From Fimbriimonadia bacterium (GTDB lineage: Bacteria > Armatimonadota > Fimbriimonadia > Fimbriimonadales > Fimbriimonadaceae), in NCBI GenBank assembly GCA_030427425.1, contig JAUICQ010000001.1, positions 46,665 to 110,664 on the forward strand: 64,000 nucleotides of DNA. Direction: 5' to 3'. Positions 1 to 9,860 of the stretch are shown here, in pieces. How positions within the stretch are numbered: the first letter of the stretch is position 1; each line of letters opens with the position of its first letter. A program made the translations under genes and the position numbers. The notes beneath the pieces are model-generated. The model was not told the DNA's origin. It ran no database searches and worked only from the letters and a program-made list of their open reading frames with translations.

Positions 1-1
1 T

Positions 2-2410
2 GGTCAGTTTTTATATTATGTAAGTAACGGTCTTAAAGTTTTTGGTGTAGTGGAGAATAATGTTTCTGTTACTAGCGATAATAAGCTGAAAGTAGATTTT
101 GGCGATAAGCAAGTAGATTATTCTGATAGTGAGTTGGTAGACGCTGTGAAAGCAGGGAAGCTCTTTATTTGGGGTGCTGGAAACAATGGAGCAGAATTTA
201 TTCTAGAGCCAAGCCAGTATGGATACTTAGTTGCAAGGAATTTAAAGACTGATGGTACTGAATCGGCTAGTATAAGTACCATGAAAAATTGGATTGGGAG
301 TGTTAGGTTTTATTATGCTTCAGAATATAATGGAAATGACATCAGCGTTGCTCCAGATAAAAAGCTAGAAGTGAAAACTCCTGGGAAAAGTAGCACTTAT
401 ACAGTTGATGAATTGTATAAAAACATAGAAGGGAAAGATTTACTAGTAGAAGGCAATTATTTAAAGACAGGTAGAAGTTTTAAGCTAGATGCAGAAGAAG
501 ATAAAAAAATTGCAGTAGCATATGATAATGGTTTTACGCCATATTTAACTTTTGATGAATGCTTAGCAACTGTTAAAGATAGATTCTATTCTTTTCAAGT
601 AACTCCTAAAACAGAGAATAACATTAATTTCAATAATGATAAATTAGAAGTAGAATATCCGGTTGGTAAAGCTGTATATAAAACTGATGGTATTTATAAT
701 GGGCTGAAATTTGGAGAGATAGAGATAAGAGGTCAGTTTGTGCCAAATTGGAAGGAATTTAGTTTATTGGCGGTGAAGGATAACAAATTCCATCTAAAAT
801 ACGACAATGGATTTAATGGGGAATTCGATTATAACGCATTTGTGAATACCATCAAGGTTCACAATCATAGATATAATATTCAGAAGAAGAAAGATAACTT
901 GATAATAAGAACGGATAATTTAGTAGTTGGTCTGATAGGTAAAGATAATATTCTGCTTAATGTGGAAGGTATTTATAATGGGCTTAAATATGGATCGATT
1001 ACAATAAGAGGGCAGTACTATCCAAATGGAAAATGGTTCAGCTTAATAGCAGAAGATGGTAACAAGTTTTTGCTTAAATATGATGATGGATTTAAGGCTT
1101 ACTTCAGTTTTGACGTTTTAGCAGAAAATTTAAAAATCCAGGATCATCGATATGAGATAAAAGCAAATAACGATGCTAGCAAAAAGAATATTTTTGTTAC
1201 TACTGATAATAAAATAGTCACTGGAATATCAACTCTATCAGTTGAAGAGCTTTATCAGAATATGAAGAAAGGAGTATATTCAGTTCGAGGTCAGTACTAT
1301 CCAAATAGTAAGTGGTTCAGTTTGATAGCAGAAGAAGGTAATAAGTTTTTTGTTAAATATGATGATGGCTATAAGGCCCACTTCACTTTTGACGACTTTC
1401 GTGGCACATTAAAAGCACAAAACCATAGGTACGAAGTTTCGTATAATGTTCAAGGTTTATATGAAGCGTTACAGCAAGATAAGCTGATTGTAAAAGGTAA
1501 AGATTTACGTATGCCAAATGCAGATGAGAAGAGTGTAGCTTTCACGATGCAGGCTATAAATGGCTATACTCCTGAAGGAATAATATTCAATCTAAAATTT
1601 GTTGATGGTGGAAATCTTCCACTTAGTGCACAAGGATATCTAGATAGCATTAGTGGTGGTAAATTTGCTTATGAATACACGGTGAATCCTAATCCGGATC
1701 CTGAGAAAAATAGTAATTCTTCTTCAGATAAAGGCGATAAATCTAATAGTACAGATCCGGTATTTATTTTCAAGCCCTATAAGCCAGGAGGTAGAACTTC
1801 AGACCTTTCTACATTGAAATATAATGACGATAAAACCAATAATACTGTTTTAGAAATATTGTCTAATGATTTTTATGTAAAATACAGCTTGGACGCTCTG
1901 TATAATAGTATTAAAGACGGAAAAGTGAGTCTGACTGGAAGAGCTAGATTTGATGGCGTGAATTACAGTAGCCTTAAAGTATCAGCTAACAAGAGTAGTA
2001 CGTTTACATTAATCTATGATGGCACAAAAGAATTAGACTTAAGTTATGGATCATTCTTAAGTTCTGTAAAAGATACAGTGAACTATGATTATAATTTAAA
2101 TATAAAGGATTTTAATATTGGTAATTTTGAATCCAATGTGTCTATTTCTGGTGACGATGTGAAATATACATATAATGGTAAAACGTATACTAAGGCAAAG
2201 TCTGATTTTCTTAGTAGCTTGTCTTCCAGTAGTATAGTAGTTATTGGTGAGAAGATTGCAACCAAAAAGCAGTTTAAAGTAGACGATTATTTTTTCAACC
2301 TCAATTACACATACTTTAATGGAGAGAATGAAAGAAATATATCAAGAGATAGTTTCATAAATAATATAGGTGGGGATAAGTATAAGTACTACGTAATTGT
2401 AAATGAATAG
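2..2410 (+). CDS. Repeat-module protein of unknown function; 5' end lies outside the window
   Basis: ORF track gives 50..2410 (GTG start), but the same frame has no stop from nt 2 (GQFLYYVSNGLKVFGV...), and that upstream peptide already resembles the internal module. At least 8 degenerate copies of a 70-95 aa module (best copies: GIYNGLKYGSITIRGQYYPNGKWFSLIAEDGNKFLLKYDDGFKAYFSFD...HRYEI). Asn/Ser/Asp-rich linker NPNPDPEKNSNSSSDKGDKSNS. No family recognised. Confidence 0.7.
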   Translation, partial: GQFLYYVSNGLKVFGVVENNVSVTSDNKLKVDFGDKQVDYSDSELVDAVKAGKLFIWGAGNNGAEFILEPSQYGYLVARNLKTDGTESASISTMKNWIGSVRFYYASEYNGNDISVAPDKKLEVKTPGKSSTYTVDELYKNIEGKDLLVEGNYLKTGRSFKLDAEEDKKIAVAYDNGFTPYLTFDECLATVKDRFYSFQVTPKTENNINFNNDKLEVEYPVGKAVYKTDGIYNGLKFGEIEIRGQFVPNWKEFSLLAVKDNKFHLKYDNGFNGEFDYNAFVNTIKVHNHRYNIQKKKDNLIIRTDNLVVGLIGKDNILLNVEGIYNGLKYGSITIRGQYYPNGKWFSLIAEDGNKFLLKYDDGFKAYFSFDVLAENLKIQDHRYEIKANNDASKKNIFVTTDNKIVTGISTLSVEELYQNMKKGVYSVRGQYYPNSKWFSLIAEEGNKFFVKYDDGYKAHFTFDDFRGTLKAQNHRYEVSYNVQGLYEALQQDKLIVKGKDLRMPNADEKSVAFTMQAINGYTPEGIIFNLKFVDGGNLPLSAQGYLDSISGGKFAYEYTVNPNPDPEKNSNSSSDKGDKSNSTDPVFIFKPYKPGGRTSDLSTLKYNDDKTNNTVLEILSNDFYVKYSLDALYNSIKDGKVSLTGRARFDGVNYSSLKVSANKSSTFTLIYDGTKELDLSYGSFLSSVKDTVNYDYNLNIKDFNIGNFESNVSISGDDVKYTYNGKTYTKAKSDFLSSLSSSSIVVIGEKIATKKQFKVDDYFFNLNYTYFNGENERNISRDSFINNIGGDKYKYYVIVNE
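650..1440 (+). repeat. Three well-conserved tandem coding repeats, period 279 bp (93 aa), inside the repeat protein (boundaries approximate)
   Basis: ggtatttataatgggct at 689 and again at 968 (offset 279). CAG of RGQYYPN at 1013 and 1292 (offset 279). The protein copies end ...HNHRYNI / ...QDHRYEI / ...QNHRYEV. Confidence 0.75.
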
Positions 2411-2580
2411 ATTTTGGGAGGTGTTTATCTTCCATACCCTAGTCATCCTATTTTATATTTGAAATAAAGAAGTGATTTTGAATAACCTATAAAATAGTAA
2501 ACCAGGTAATTCTTCTGCTATAATTAAAGTGGTGTTTTTATTTTTAGTTAGCAGTTCTGTTAACTGAGTGGAGTTTATGT

Positions 2581-4410
2581 ATGCCAAAGATTGAAGATGA
2601 TAAGACATATGATGGTATTAAAAAGAAGAGTCATGTAAAAGAACAAGATATCCTTAATTTAGATTCTTCTAGAAAGAAAAGGATAACTATCAATATAGAT
2701 TTAAAACAGTTTATTCCTAAAATATATCAGTACCTACCATATTATAATTTATCTACTGCATATGCAGATATGGGCTCTGCTCTTGTTATAGCGTCCACAT
2801 CTCTTCCTTTAACTATGGCTTATGCTATTTCAGCAGGATTAAGACCCGAAGTAGGACTCTACTGTTCTGTTGTTGCTGGGTTGGTTGGGGCACTATTTAC
2901 TGGATCTAGATATCAAATTACGAATCCAACTGCAGGTTTCCATCTTTTTGTATTATCACTATTGAATCAGGGTGGCCCTAATGCATTATTTACATGTGTG
3001 ATAGTGGCTGGGCTAATACTAGTGATATTAGGTTTTTCAGGGCTAGGTAAGATTGTTCATTTTATTCCTAGGCCTATGATTCTTGGTATAACCAATGGTA
3101 TAGGCTTAAATTTAATTATAAACGAGATTATTCCATCATTAGGTTTAACGATTAATACCAAGGTGCCGAGTCATCTTCCTGGAAAAATCGGGGCACTCTT
3201 TCAGCATATTGATACAATATCTTTTCCAACATTAATTTTAGCAGTCTGTTGTACTGCTTCAATGTTTATTTTTAAGAAACCACTGAAAAAGCTTCCTTTA
3301 GGTGTTTTAGTCGCCGTAGGCGGATCCTTAGCTGCATATTTATTAGATTTACCCGTTAAGACGATAGGAGAGAAATATTCTGGTGGTATACCTTTAGGTT
3401 TACCGCAGTTATTTAATGCAGAGTTCGACTTTGCTTTAATAGCACCTACCATGGGTACAGCAGTCTCTATAGCTATGCTAGTAATAATGAAATCGTTAGT
3501 AGCAGCAGTTGTTGGAGACAAGCTTGGAAAAGATAATCATAACCCTAATATGGAGCTTGTATCTCAAGGCTTAGCTAATATTGGGTCTGCATTTTTTGGA
3601 GGAATGCCTGCAACCGGTTCGATAGGTAGAACCGCTAATAACGTAACATGTGGTGGTAAAACACCCATGGCAGGTGTGTTCCAGTCGCTAGCAGTACTGT
3701 TTGTTCTGATGTATGCTGCACCAATGGCGAATCATATACCACTATGCGTTTTAGCTGGAATCATGATTTATATTGGCTATTCGATTGGTGAATGGAATGA
3801 AATACCACGTATGCTTAAAACGAATCGATCGGAAGGATTAGTGTGGTTTGTAACTTTTGCTCTAGCAGTTATAGTCGGATTGGATACAGCACTCCAGATG
3901 GGACTTTTATTAGCAGCAGCACTCTATATTCATAAAGCTTCTGCAAATACTACTCTTACAATAGATTCAGGATCGCATTTAGTGGAGAGTAAACCGCATA
4001 TTCTTCATTCTAAAGAGATACCTAGCGGGGTTGCAATCTTTAGTATTCACGGACCTATGCTTTTTGGTACAGCTGATAAAATTAAGAATTTACCAGTAGA
4101 AATAGATGAATCTCATCCTGTAGTTATTATTAGATTACGCCACATGACAGCGCTGGATTCAACAGGATTACTTGCCTTTGAAGATCTACTCGCAGAAATG
4201 AAAAAGAAGAATAAGCATCTTATACTCTGCAGTATTAGAAATAGCCCTCATAAACTCTTTAAGAGCTCAGGTTTTATTAAAAAAATTGGCGAGAGTAACT
4301 TCGTTCCTAATGTTGTGACGGCATTAAAGAGATCCAATCAGATCTTAAGTGAACATGGTGATAATAAACTTCTAAAAACATATGTTGGCGGGGAAGATCC
4401 TATAGAATAG
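2581..4410 (+). CDS. SulP-family anion (sulfate/bicarbonate-type) transporter with C-terminal STAS domain
   Basis: Multi-TM core with SulP-like segments (LPLTMAYAISAGL, GGMPATGSIGRTANNVTCGGKTPMAGV). C-terminal STAS-like region (IFSIHGPMLFGTADKI...IIRLRHMTALDSTGL). About 45 aa hydrophilic N-terminal extension, so the true start is uncertain. Confidence 0.85.
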   Translation: MPKIEDDKTYDGIKKKSHVKEQDILNLDSSRKKRITINIDLKQFIPKIYQYLPYYNLSTAYADMGSALVIASTSLPLTMAYAISAGLRPEVGLYCSVVAGLVGALFTGSRYQITNPTAGFHLFVLSLLNQGGPNALFTCVIVAGLILVILGFSGLGKIVHFIPRPMILGITNGIGLNLIINEIIPSLGLTINTKVPSHLPGKIGALFQHIDTISFPTLILAVCCTASMFIFKKPLKKLPLGVLVAVGGSLAAYLLDLPVKTIGEKYSGGIPLGLPQLFNAEFDFALIAPTMGTAVSIAMLVIMKSLVAAVVGDKLGKDNHNPNMELVSQGLANIGSAFFGGMPATGSIGRTANNVTCGGKTPMAGVFQSLAVLFVLMYAAPMANHIPLCVLAGIMIYIGYSIGEWNEIPRMLKTNRSEGLVWFVTFALAVIVGLDTALQMGLLLAAALYIHKASANTTLTIDSGSHLVESKPHILHSKEIPSGVAIFSIHGPMLFGTADKIKNLPVEIDESHPVVIIRLRHMTALDSTGLLAFEDLLAEMKKKNKHLILCSIRNSPHKLFKSSGFIKKIGESNFVPNVVTALKRSNQILSEHGDNKLLKTYVGGEDPIE

Positions 4411-4470
4411 TTTATTGTCTAGGCTAGTTAATCTTAATTTCAAATAAATTTCTATAAAAATATAACGCAT

Positions 4471-4498
4471 TAGTGAAGTATATCAATATACTTCACTA
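4471..4498 (+). terminator. Hairpin downstream of the SulP gene (possible terminator, no clear U-tract)
   Basis: tagtgaagtatat / atatacttcacta near-perfect palindrome, 12-13 bp arms, followed by aaatt rather than a T run. Confidence 0.35.
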
Positions 4499-4651
4499 AA
4501 TTAGATAACCCAAGATGAGATATTTCTTACAAGATAGGATAGAATGGGTTTATGGTATCAACATAAGAAATACTATATTTCTAAATAATTAAATACCACT
4601 TGTATTATTGCTTTATTTAAGAAATAGATTGCTCTGACACACACGAAGGGG

Positions 4652-4678
4652 TAAAGAAATTGCAATAGTTGCTGAATA
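4652..4678 (+). promoter_or_regulatory. Candidate sigma28/FliA-type promoter upstream of the MCP gene
   Basis: TAAA (4652-4655), a 15-nt spacer, then GCTGAATA (4671-4678). Compare the known TAAA-N15-GCCGATAA/T consensus. Lies 17-23 nt upstream of the start codon. Confidence 0.3.
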
Positions 4679-4694
4679 TATAAATATATAGTAG

Positions 4695-6539
4695 GTGATT
4701 ATGAAGAATTTTAAGATGTCTCAACAAATTTTGTTAAGTTTTGCCGTTATAGTGGCAATTTTAACTGCAAATGGTTTAAACAGTATGCGTTCTTTGTCTA
4801 GAATTGAAAGCAATCTAGAACGTATGACAAAGCATATACTTGCTGAAGTGCAACACTTAAGTCAGCTTAAAAATGCATTTGTGGACAATGTACAAAGTGC
4901 TAGTATAGGGGCACAGAAGGGGATAGTAAGCTGGTCGGATAGTATCGAAAAAATCAAGCAAGCTCGAGATGTGAAAGTGAAAATATGGGATCCCATGTCT
5001 TCTGGGGACCATGATGCTGAAGAGCTAGCTATGATAAAAAATATTGATGTTAAAATGATGGCTGCTGATACTGCAATTGAAAAATTGCAGACAATTATGA
5101 AAAACAAAGATGTTAAAGCCCTAGAAAATTTTAACAATAATACCCTGTATCAAGTTTTAACTCCTGCTGCGGATGGTTTAGCAGTGTTAATGGATTATAC
5201 TGTTAAAGAAGCAGATGGTTTATATGCAAGTGCCATGGCGGAATATAACCAGAATTTCATGCTTGTGATGCTAGCTATCTTTTTATCTATAGTACTAAGT
5301 TCAGTATTAGGTTATTGGATCTATAAAAGTATAGCTAATCCTGTTAATGAGCTTCTTGATAGAATGCATACGATGCAGAATCACTGTATAACAAATCTTA
5401 AAAATGGTATAAACAGTATGGCAAAAGGAAATCTTACTGTTAATGTTGTGCCTCAAACACAGCCTATTGAAATTAAAAGGCATGATGAATTAGGTGAAGT
5501 ATCAGAAGCTTTTAACAAAATGTTAGAAGACATACAAGAAGTATTAGTTGGTTATAATGATAGTAGAAAGAAGATAAGTGGTGCTATTAATAAAATAACT
5601 AAAATGGCTCATACATTAAATGACAGTAGTGACATACTGGCTAGCTCTGCAAATCACGCATCGTTAGCAGTAAATGAAATTGCTACAGGTAACGAAAAAT
5701 TAGCGCTATCGGCTACAGAAGCACAAGAAATAATGGAGAAACTATCAGAATCTATCGCAGTTGTTGATGATGGCAGTAAATCTCAGGGTGTGGTAGTTGG
5801 CACTGCAGATAAGGCTATTCAAGAGATGATTACAGACATACAAAACGTTGCTAATTCATCTAGAAACAGTGAATCTGGTATGGATATATTTAATCTAGAT
5901 GAAGAGAATGTATCGATACAAGACGTAAGAATGTTAGTGAGCGATTCTGCTGCTAAAGTTCGTGAGCTAGATGAGAAAGGTCAACAGATTGGTAAAATAG
6001 TTAACGTAATTGAACAGATTGCAGGCCAGACAAACCTATTGGCTCTGAATGCTGCTATTGAAGCAGCAAGAGCTGGTGAGCAAGGTAAGGGATTTGCGGT
6101 TGTAGCTGAGGAAGTAAGACACTTGGCTGAACAGTCTGCTAATGCTACAAAAGACATCGCTGCTCTAATTCAAGGAGTAAGAGATACCGTAACTACAACA
6201 GTATCTTCCATTGAAACCACGGACAGCAGTGTTCAGAATGTGGCAAAAAGAGTAAATCAGGTTCGTGAAAAAGCTGAGATGGTTTTAAGGAACATGAACG
6301 ATGTTAAAATGGCTGCTGAACAGAACGAAAGTGCTTGTTTAACAATGAATGAGGGTTCGGGTCAGGTAAGTGAATCAATCATTAGTGTAGCAGCAATCAG
6401 TGAGCAGACATCGGCTAGCGCTGAAGAGTTATCGGCAACAGGTCAGGAGTTATCCGATTCTGCAGAGAATTTAAAGAGACTGTCTACAGAGTTAGAAGAG
6501 ACTGTAGTATTCTTTAACTCTGAAAAAGATGCTGCTTAA
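4695..6539 (+). CDS. Methyl-accepting chemotaxis protein
   Basis: N-terminal TM, periplasmic helical region, second TM, HAMP-like segment ([18 protein letters not shown]). Highly conserved MCP signalling hairpin ([38 protein letters not shown]). Start could be GTG 4695 or ATG 4701. Confidence 0.9.
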   Translation: MIMKNFKMSQQILLSFAVIVAILTANGLNSMRSLSRIESNLERMTKHILAEVQHLSQLKNAFVDNVQSASIGAQKGIVSWSDSIEKIKQARDVKVKIWDPMSSGDHDAEELAMIKNIDVKMMAADTAIEKLQTIMKNKDVKALENFNNNTLYQVLTPAADGLAVLMDYTVKEADGLYASAMAEYNQNFMLVMLAIFLSIVLSSVLGYWIYKSIANPVNELLDRMHTMQNHCITNLKNGINSMAKGNLTVNVVPQTQPIEIKRHDELGEVSEAFNKMLEDIQEVLVGYNDSRKKISGAINKITKMAHTLNDSSDILASSANHASLAVNEIATGNEKLALSATEAQEIMEKLSESIAVVDDGSKSQGVVVGTADKAIQEMITDIQNVANSSRNSESGMDIFNLDEENVSIQDVRMLVSDSAAKVRELDEKGQQIGKIVNVIEQIAGQTNLLALNAAIEAARAGEQGKGFAVVAEEVRHLAEQSANATKDIAALIQGVRDTVTTTVSSIETTDSSVQNVAKRVNQVREKAEMVLRNMNDVKMAAEQNESACLTMNEGSGQVSESIISVAAISEQTSASAEELSATGQELSDSAENLKRLSTELEETVVFFNSEKDAA

Positions 6540-6564
6540 TATACTACAATCTTAGATTCTTCTA

Positions 6565-6615
6565 AGCACGCCCTGATTAGTATAGGCAATTGTTCTAAAC
6601 TAATCAGGGCGTGCT
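6565..6615. terminator. 16-bp perfect hairpin between the convergent MCP and cinA genes
   Basis: agcacgccctgattag (6565-6580) pairs with ctaatcagggcgtgct (6600-6615), 19-nt loop. GC-rich stem in AT-rich DNA. No strong U-tract on either side. Confidence 0.5.
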
Positions 6616-6621
6616 GTTAGG

Positions 6622-7845
6622 TTAATGCCTTATTAAGAATTTCCATAAATTAGTAAAAACTTGTTTTGCAAATCGTTCTTGTAAATGAGTTCTGTTTCCG
6701 GGGAAGTAGTGTTTTTTTATGGAACATAAATCCTTGCTTGTAATGCAGATATAAACGAGTCCAATAGGAAGTTCAGGGGCATCAGGAGATGGGTTTGTCA
6801 TTCCTGTTGCACTAACACCTATATCAGAACCCATTTTTTCTCTTATGTTTATAGCCATTATCCTAGCGCACTCTTCTGAAATAGCGGAGTATTTATCTAT
6901 AATTTCTTGAGGAATATTTAAAAGTTCCCTTTTACATTCAGGTGTATATGTAATAGTTCCTCCTTTTAATACTTTTGAGATACCTGGTACAGATCCTAGT
7001 ATTTTACAGCAATATCCTACGGTACAGCCTTCAGCAAATGAGATGGTTTTTTTTTCTTGGGCTAATTTTTTTGCTATACAGAGTTCCAGAGTAGTGTCAT
7101 TATATCCGTAAATATACTTCTGCAATCTGGCTTTAATGTGGTCTCGTTTTTGAATAACTTTTTCTTTACTTTTTGATATAATTCTTATGTGTACTTCGCC
7201 TATATTTGCATAAACAGATACGATAGGATCTTCACTTGCCAGTTGATCGATAATCATATCATGGACTTCAGATTCACCTAAGCCTGTTAAATTAATGGTT
7301 TCTATATAGGTGCTATTAGAGGGTATTAATTCTCCTAGTTTTTTTCCCAGTTCATCATCTAATATAGAAATTACTTCTTGATTAGGTCCGGGTAAGGCGA
7401 TAATAAATTTTCCTTGATGTTCTTGAATAAAACTAATAGCTGTGCCTATGGGATTTTTAATTGGTGTTGCTCTTGAAGGTATTAATGCTTGTTTGAGAAG
7501 AGCATCGGAAGGTAGCTTGTTCATGCTATACATGAAATCGTGTATTCTGGTTGCAGCTTCTTCATCTTTTTTATATGTATCTTCAGTGAACGCAACAATA
7601 GCTTCTCGTGTTAGATCGTCCTGGGTGGCCCCTAATCCTCCTGTAGTAATGATGAGATCACTTCTTTTAGTAGCGAGATCTAGTGCATCTAGAATATGAT
7701 CCATGTTATCTCCTACTGTCTGTTTATGCAAAACATCAACACCGTGTTCTAGAAGAAATTTAGATACTGTTGTAGAATTAATATCAGTAGTATGGCCCAA
7801 CAGTAACTCTGTACCTATAGATATTATTTCTGCATTTTTAATCAT
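6622..7845 (-). CDS. cinA: CinA-family protein (competence/damage-inducible protein A; NMN deamidase PncC-type C-terminal domain)
   Basis: N-terminus MIKNAEIISIGTELLLGHTTDINS typical of CinA MoCF-like domain. TTGGLGATQDDLT motif. C-terminal CinA/PncC-like half (GGTITYTPECK...). Confidence 0.85.
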   Translation of the reverse strand: MIKNAEIISIGTELLLGHTTDINSTTVSKFLLEHGVDVLHKQTVGDNMDHILDALDLATKRSDLIITTGGLGATQDDLTREAIVAFTEDTYKKDEEAATRIHDFMYSMNKLPSDALLKQALIPSRATPIKNPIGTAISFIQEHQGKFIIALPGPNQEVISILDDELGKKLGELIPSNSTYIETINLTGLGESEVHDMIIDQLASEDPIVSVYANIGEVHIRIISKSKEKVIQKRDHIKARLQKYIYGYNDTTLELCIAKKLAQEKKTISFAEGCTVGYCCKILGSVPGISKVLKGGTITYTPECKRELLNIPQEIIDKYSAISEECARIMAINIREKMGSDIGVSATGMTNPSPDAPELPIGLVYICITSKDLCSIKKHYFPGNRTHLQERFAKQVFTNLWKFLIRH

Positions 7846-7956
7846 TACTTATAGCATACTACAATAATCAAAACTGTATTATTACTAGAATGGATGATTT
7901 TAACCTGTAGATTTCACTTAAAACACCCAATTAATTACTAGAGGTTTGATATCCTA

Positions 7957-7982
7957 TCAACATTACTGATATACACTGATAT
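7957..7982 (+). promoter_or_regulatory. Two tandem ACTGATAT boxes (sigma28 -10-like) upstream of motA
   Basis: ACTGATAT at 7965-7972 and 7975-7982 (B. subtilis SigD -10 consensus is GCCGATAT). TCAA-N14 precedes the second box. No clean TAAA -35. Confidence 0.25.
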
Positions 7983-8026
7983 CGATTTCTAACAAAACAA
8001 TATTGTAAGGCAAGGAGCTCTTTTAG

Positions 8027-8878
8027 ATGATAACCTTTGTAGGGATAATTATTTCGTTAGTATGTACTATGTTAGGATACGTTCTGCACCACGGGCAGAT
8101 ATCGGTTCTTATACAACCAACCGAATTTATAATTATATTTGGTTGTGCAATAGGAATATTTTTAGGTTCTAACGGAATGGTGGTTGCAAAAGCTAGTGTT
8201 GGTGCTATTTCGGGATTGTTGAAAGCTAAACCTATAACAAAAAGTAGCTATTTAAATTTACTTAAAATGTTATACAGTCTTTTTACTTTAGCACGTAAAG
8301 ATGGTCTGTTAGGGCTAGAACAGCATGTAGAAAATCCTGGATCTAGTGATATATTTAATACAAATCCAGAGTTTTTGGCTAATCATCACGCTACAGAGCT
8401 TTTATGTGATACATTGAAAGTTATTCTGACAGGATCTGTTAGCTCTCACGATCTTTCTGATATGATGGAAACAGACATTGATATTGCTCATGAAGAAGAG
8501 ATGGTGCCTTCAGAGGCTATCCAGAACGTAGGGGATGCGATGCCTGCCGTAGGGATTGTTGCTGCGGTTTTAGGGGTTATCATTACTATGGGTAAAATTG
8601 GTGGTGAGGCTGCAGCGATTGGTAAATCTGTTGCTGCTGCTCTGGTAGGAACGTTTATTGGTATTTTAAGTGGTTATACCATATTCTTCCCGATAGCTAG
8701 AGCTATTAGTATTAAAGTAAAGGCCGAAGGACCCTATCTGCAGTGTATTAGACATGCTTTGGTAAGCTTTGCTCGTGGTGATGCTCCATTAACTTGTGTT
8801 GAATTTGCCAGAAGAAGCATTGAGCCACATGTAAGGCCGTCATTTAGTGAAATGGAGGAGACTTGTAAAAGCAAATAA
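8027..8878 (+). CDS. motA: Flagellar motor stator protein MotA (MotA/TolQ/ExbB proton-channel family)
   Basis: 283 aa, 4 TM segments with the large cytoplasmic loop between TM2 and TM3. C-terminal AAVLGVIITMGKIGG...AAALVGTFIGIL. AGGAG SD 9 nt upstream. Directly followed by motB. Confidence 0.85.
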   Translation: MITFVGIIISLVCTMLGYVLHHGQISVLIQPTEFIIIFGCAIGIFLGSNGMVVAKASVGAISGLLKAKPITKSSYLNLLKMLYSLFTLARKDGLLGLEQHVENPGSSDIFNTNPEFLANHHATELLCDTLKVILTGSVSSHDLSDMMETDIDIAHEEEMVPSEAIQNVGDAMPAVGIVAAVLGVIITMGKIGGEAAAIGKSVAAALVGTFIGILSGYTIFFPIARAISIKVKAEGPYLQCIRHALVSFARGDAPLTCVEFARRSIEPHVRPSFSEMEETCKSK

Positions 8879-8902
8879 TTGAGCTGAAGTCTTTACGCTA
8901 TA

Positions 8903-9835
8903 ATGTCTAAACAAGTAGCACCTATTATCATAAAGAAAAAGAAAGGTCATGGCCACGGACATCACGGTGGTGCATGGAAAGTTGCTTATGCCGACTTCGT
9001 TACGGCGATGATGGCATTCTTCATGGTAATGTGGATTGTTAACTTATCTGATGAAATAAAAGCAGAAGTAGAAGGATTCTTTAAAGACCCCGTAGGTTAT
9101 AGCAATAAATCTAGATCGAAAATAGTTATAGATGCTCCTGCAATTCCACGAGCTGTAATGAGCGATAAAAAGCAGAAAAAAATAGCGAGGGTGGTCCATA
9201 GAGGTACTGGCCCTAATGCTAGTCCACAGACAATTAAGTCTGAGAATTTAACTATGGTTAAAATAAAAGCGGAGTTAGAGAAAATTAAAAGCATCCACTT
9301 AGATCCGGAATTGAAGAAATTACTTGATAGCATTAAACTTACTATCACTGAAGAAGGTCTGCTAATTGAATTTATTGAAAAGACTGCTGAAATGTTTTTT
9401 GAACTTGGTAGTGCTGTAGTAAAACCTGCGGCTAAAAAATTATTTTTAGCAGTTGCTGCAGTATTATCGGAATCTACTCGGCAAATAGTTATTGATGGTC
9501 ATACTGACGCTAAAGGTTATCCATCCATTCATTATGATAACTGGGATTTAAGTGGAGATAGAGCTCTTGCCTTAAAGCGGATTCTGCTATCTGGTGGAGT
9601 GAAACCAAAAATGGTCCAAGCGGTGCGTGCCAATGCAGATAAGAAGTTAAGATATCCAGAAGATCCTTATCATTTCAGTAATAGAAGAGTATCGATACTG
9701 CTTCCGTTTAAATATTTAAAGTCATCTCCAGTGGCTAATCCAGCTCAGGATCCGGGTACTGTAAACGATCTTTTGATATACGATCCCCCTAGTATTGGTC
9801 CAGAACCGGTTAGAATCGATCCTAGTATGAATTAA
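8903..9835 (+). CDS. motB: Flagellar motor stator protein MotB (OmpA-like peptidoglycan-binding C-terminus)
   Basis: N-terminal GGAWKVAYADFVTAMMAFFMVMW with the conserved Asp just before the TM. C-terminal OmpA-like domain (IDGHTDAKG...NWDLSGDRALALKRIL...NRRVSILL). Confidence 0.85.
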   Translation: MSKQVAPIIIKKKKGHGHGHHGGAWKVAYADFVTAMMAFFMVMWIVNLSDEIKAEVEGFFKDPVGYSNKSRSKIVIDAPAIPRAVMSDKKQKKIARVVHRGTGPNASPQTIKSENLTMVKIKAELEKIKSIHLDPELKKLLDSIKLTITEEGLLIEFIEKTAEMFFELGSAVVKPAAKKLFLAVAAVLSESTRQIVIDGHTDAKGYPSIHYDNWDLSGDRALALKRILLSGGVKPKMVQAVRANADKKLRYPEDPYHFSNRRVSILLPFKYLKSSPVANPAQDPGTVNDLLIYDPPSIGPEPVRIDPSMN

Positions 9836-9860
9836 TAGTGTTAAACTAAATATTGAACAG

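Noticed and set aside
3201-3521. Antisense or alternative-frame ORFs nested inside well-supported genes. Examples: 3201-3521, 4862-5137, 7442-7699, 9097-9348, 10599-10919, 11460-11660, 12136-12321, 16123-16338, 17037-17234, 18383-18634, 19471-19878, 20934-22553 set, 23222-23443, 24110-25473 set, 26648-26839, 28052-28318, 29142-29744 set, 31438-32336 set, 33612-33860, 35016-35390, 37190-37477, 39961-40182, 49313-49504, 50906-51145, 52330-52542, 53862-54287 set, 57428-58660 set, 59279-59509, 60761-60967, 61237-61650, 63173-63358
   Set aside because: Each lies fully within, and mostly opposite to, a gene with strong family motifs. Their translations are low-complexity or hydrophobic mirror products with no motifs or SD sequences. 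They are typical shadow ORFs.
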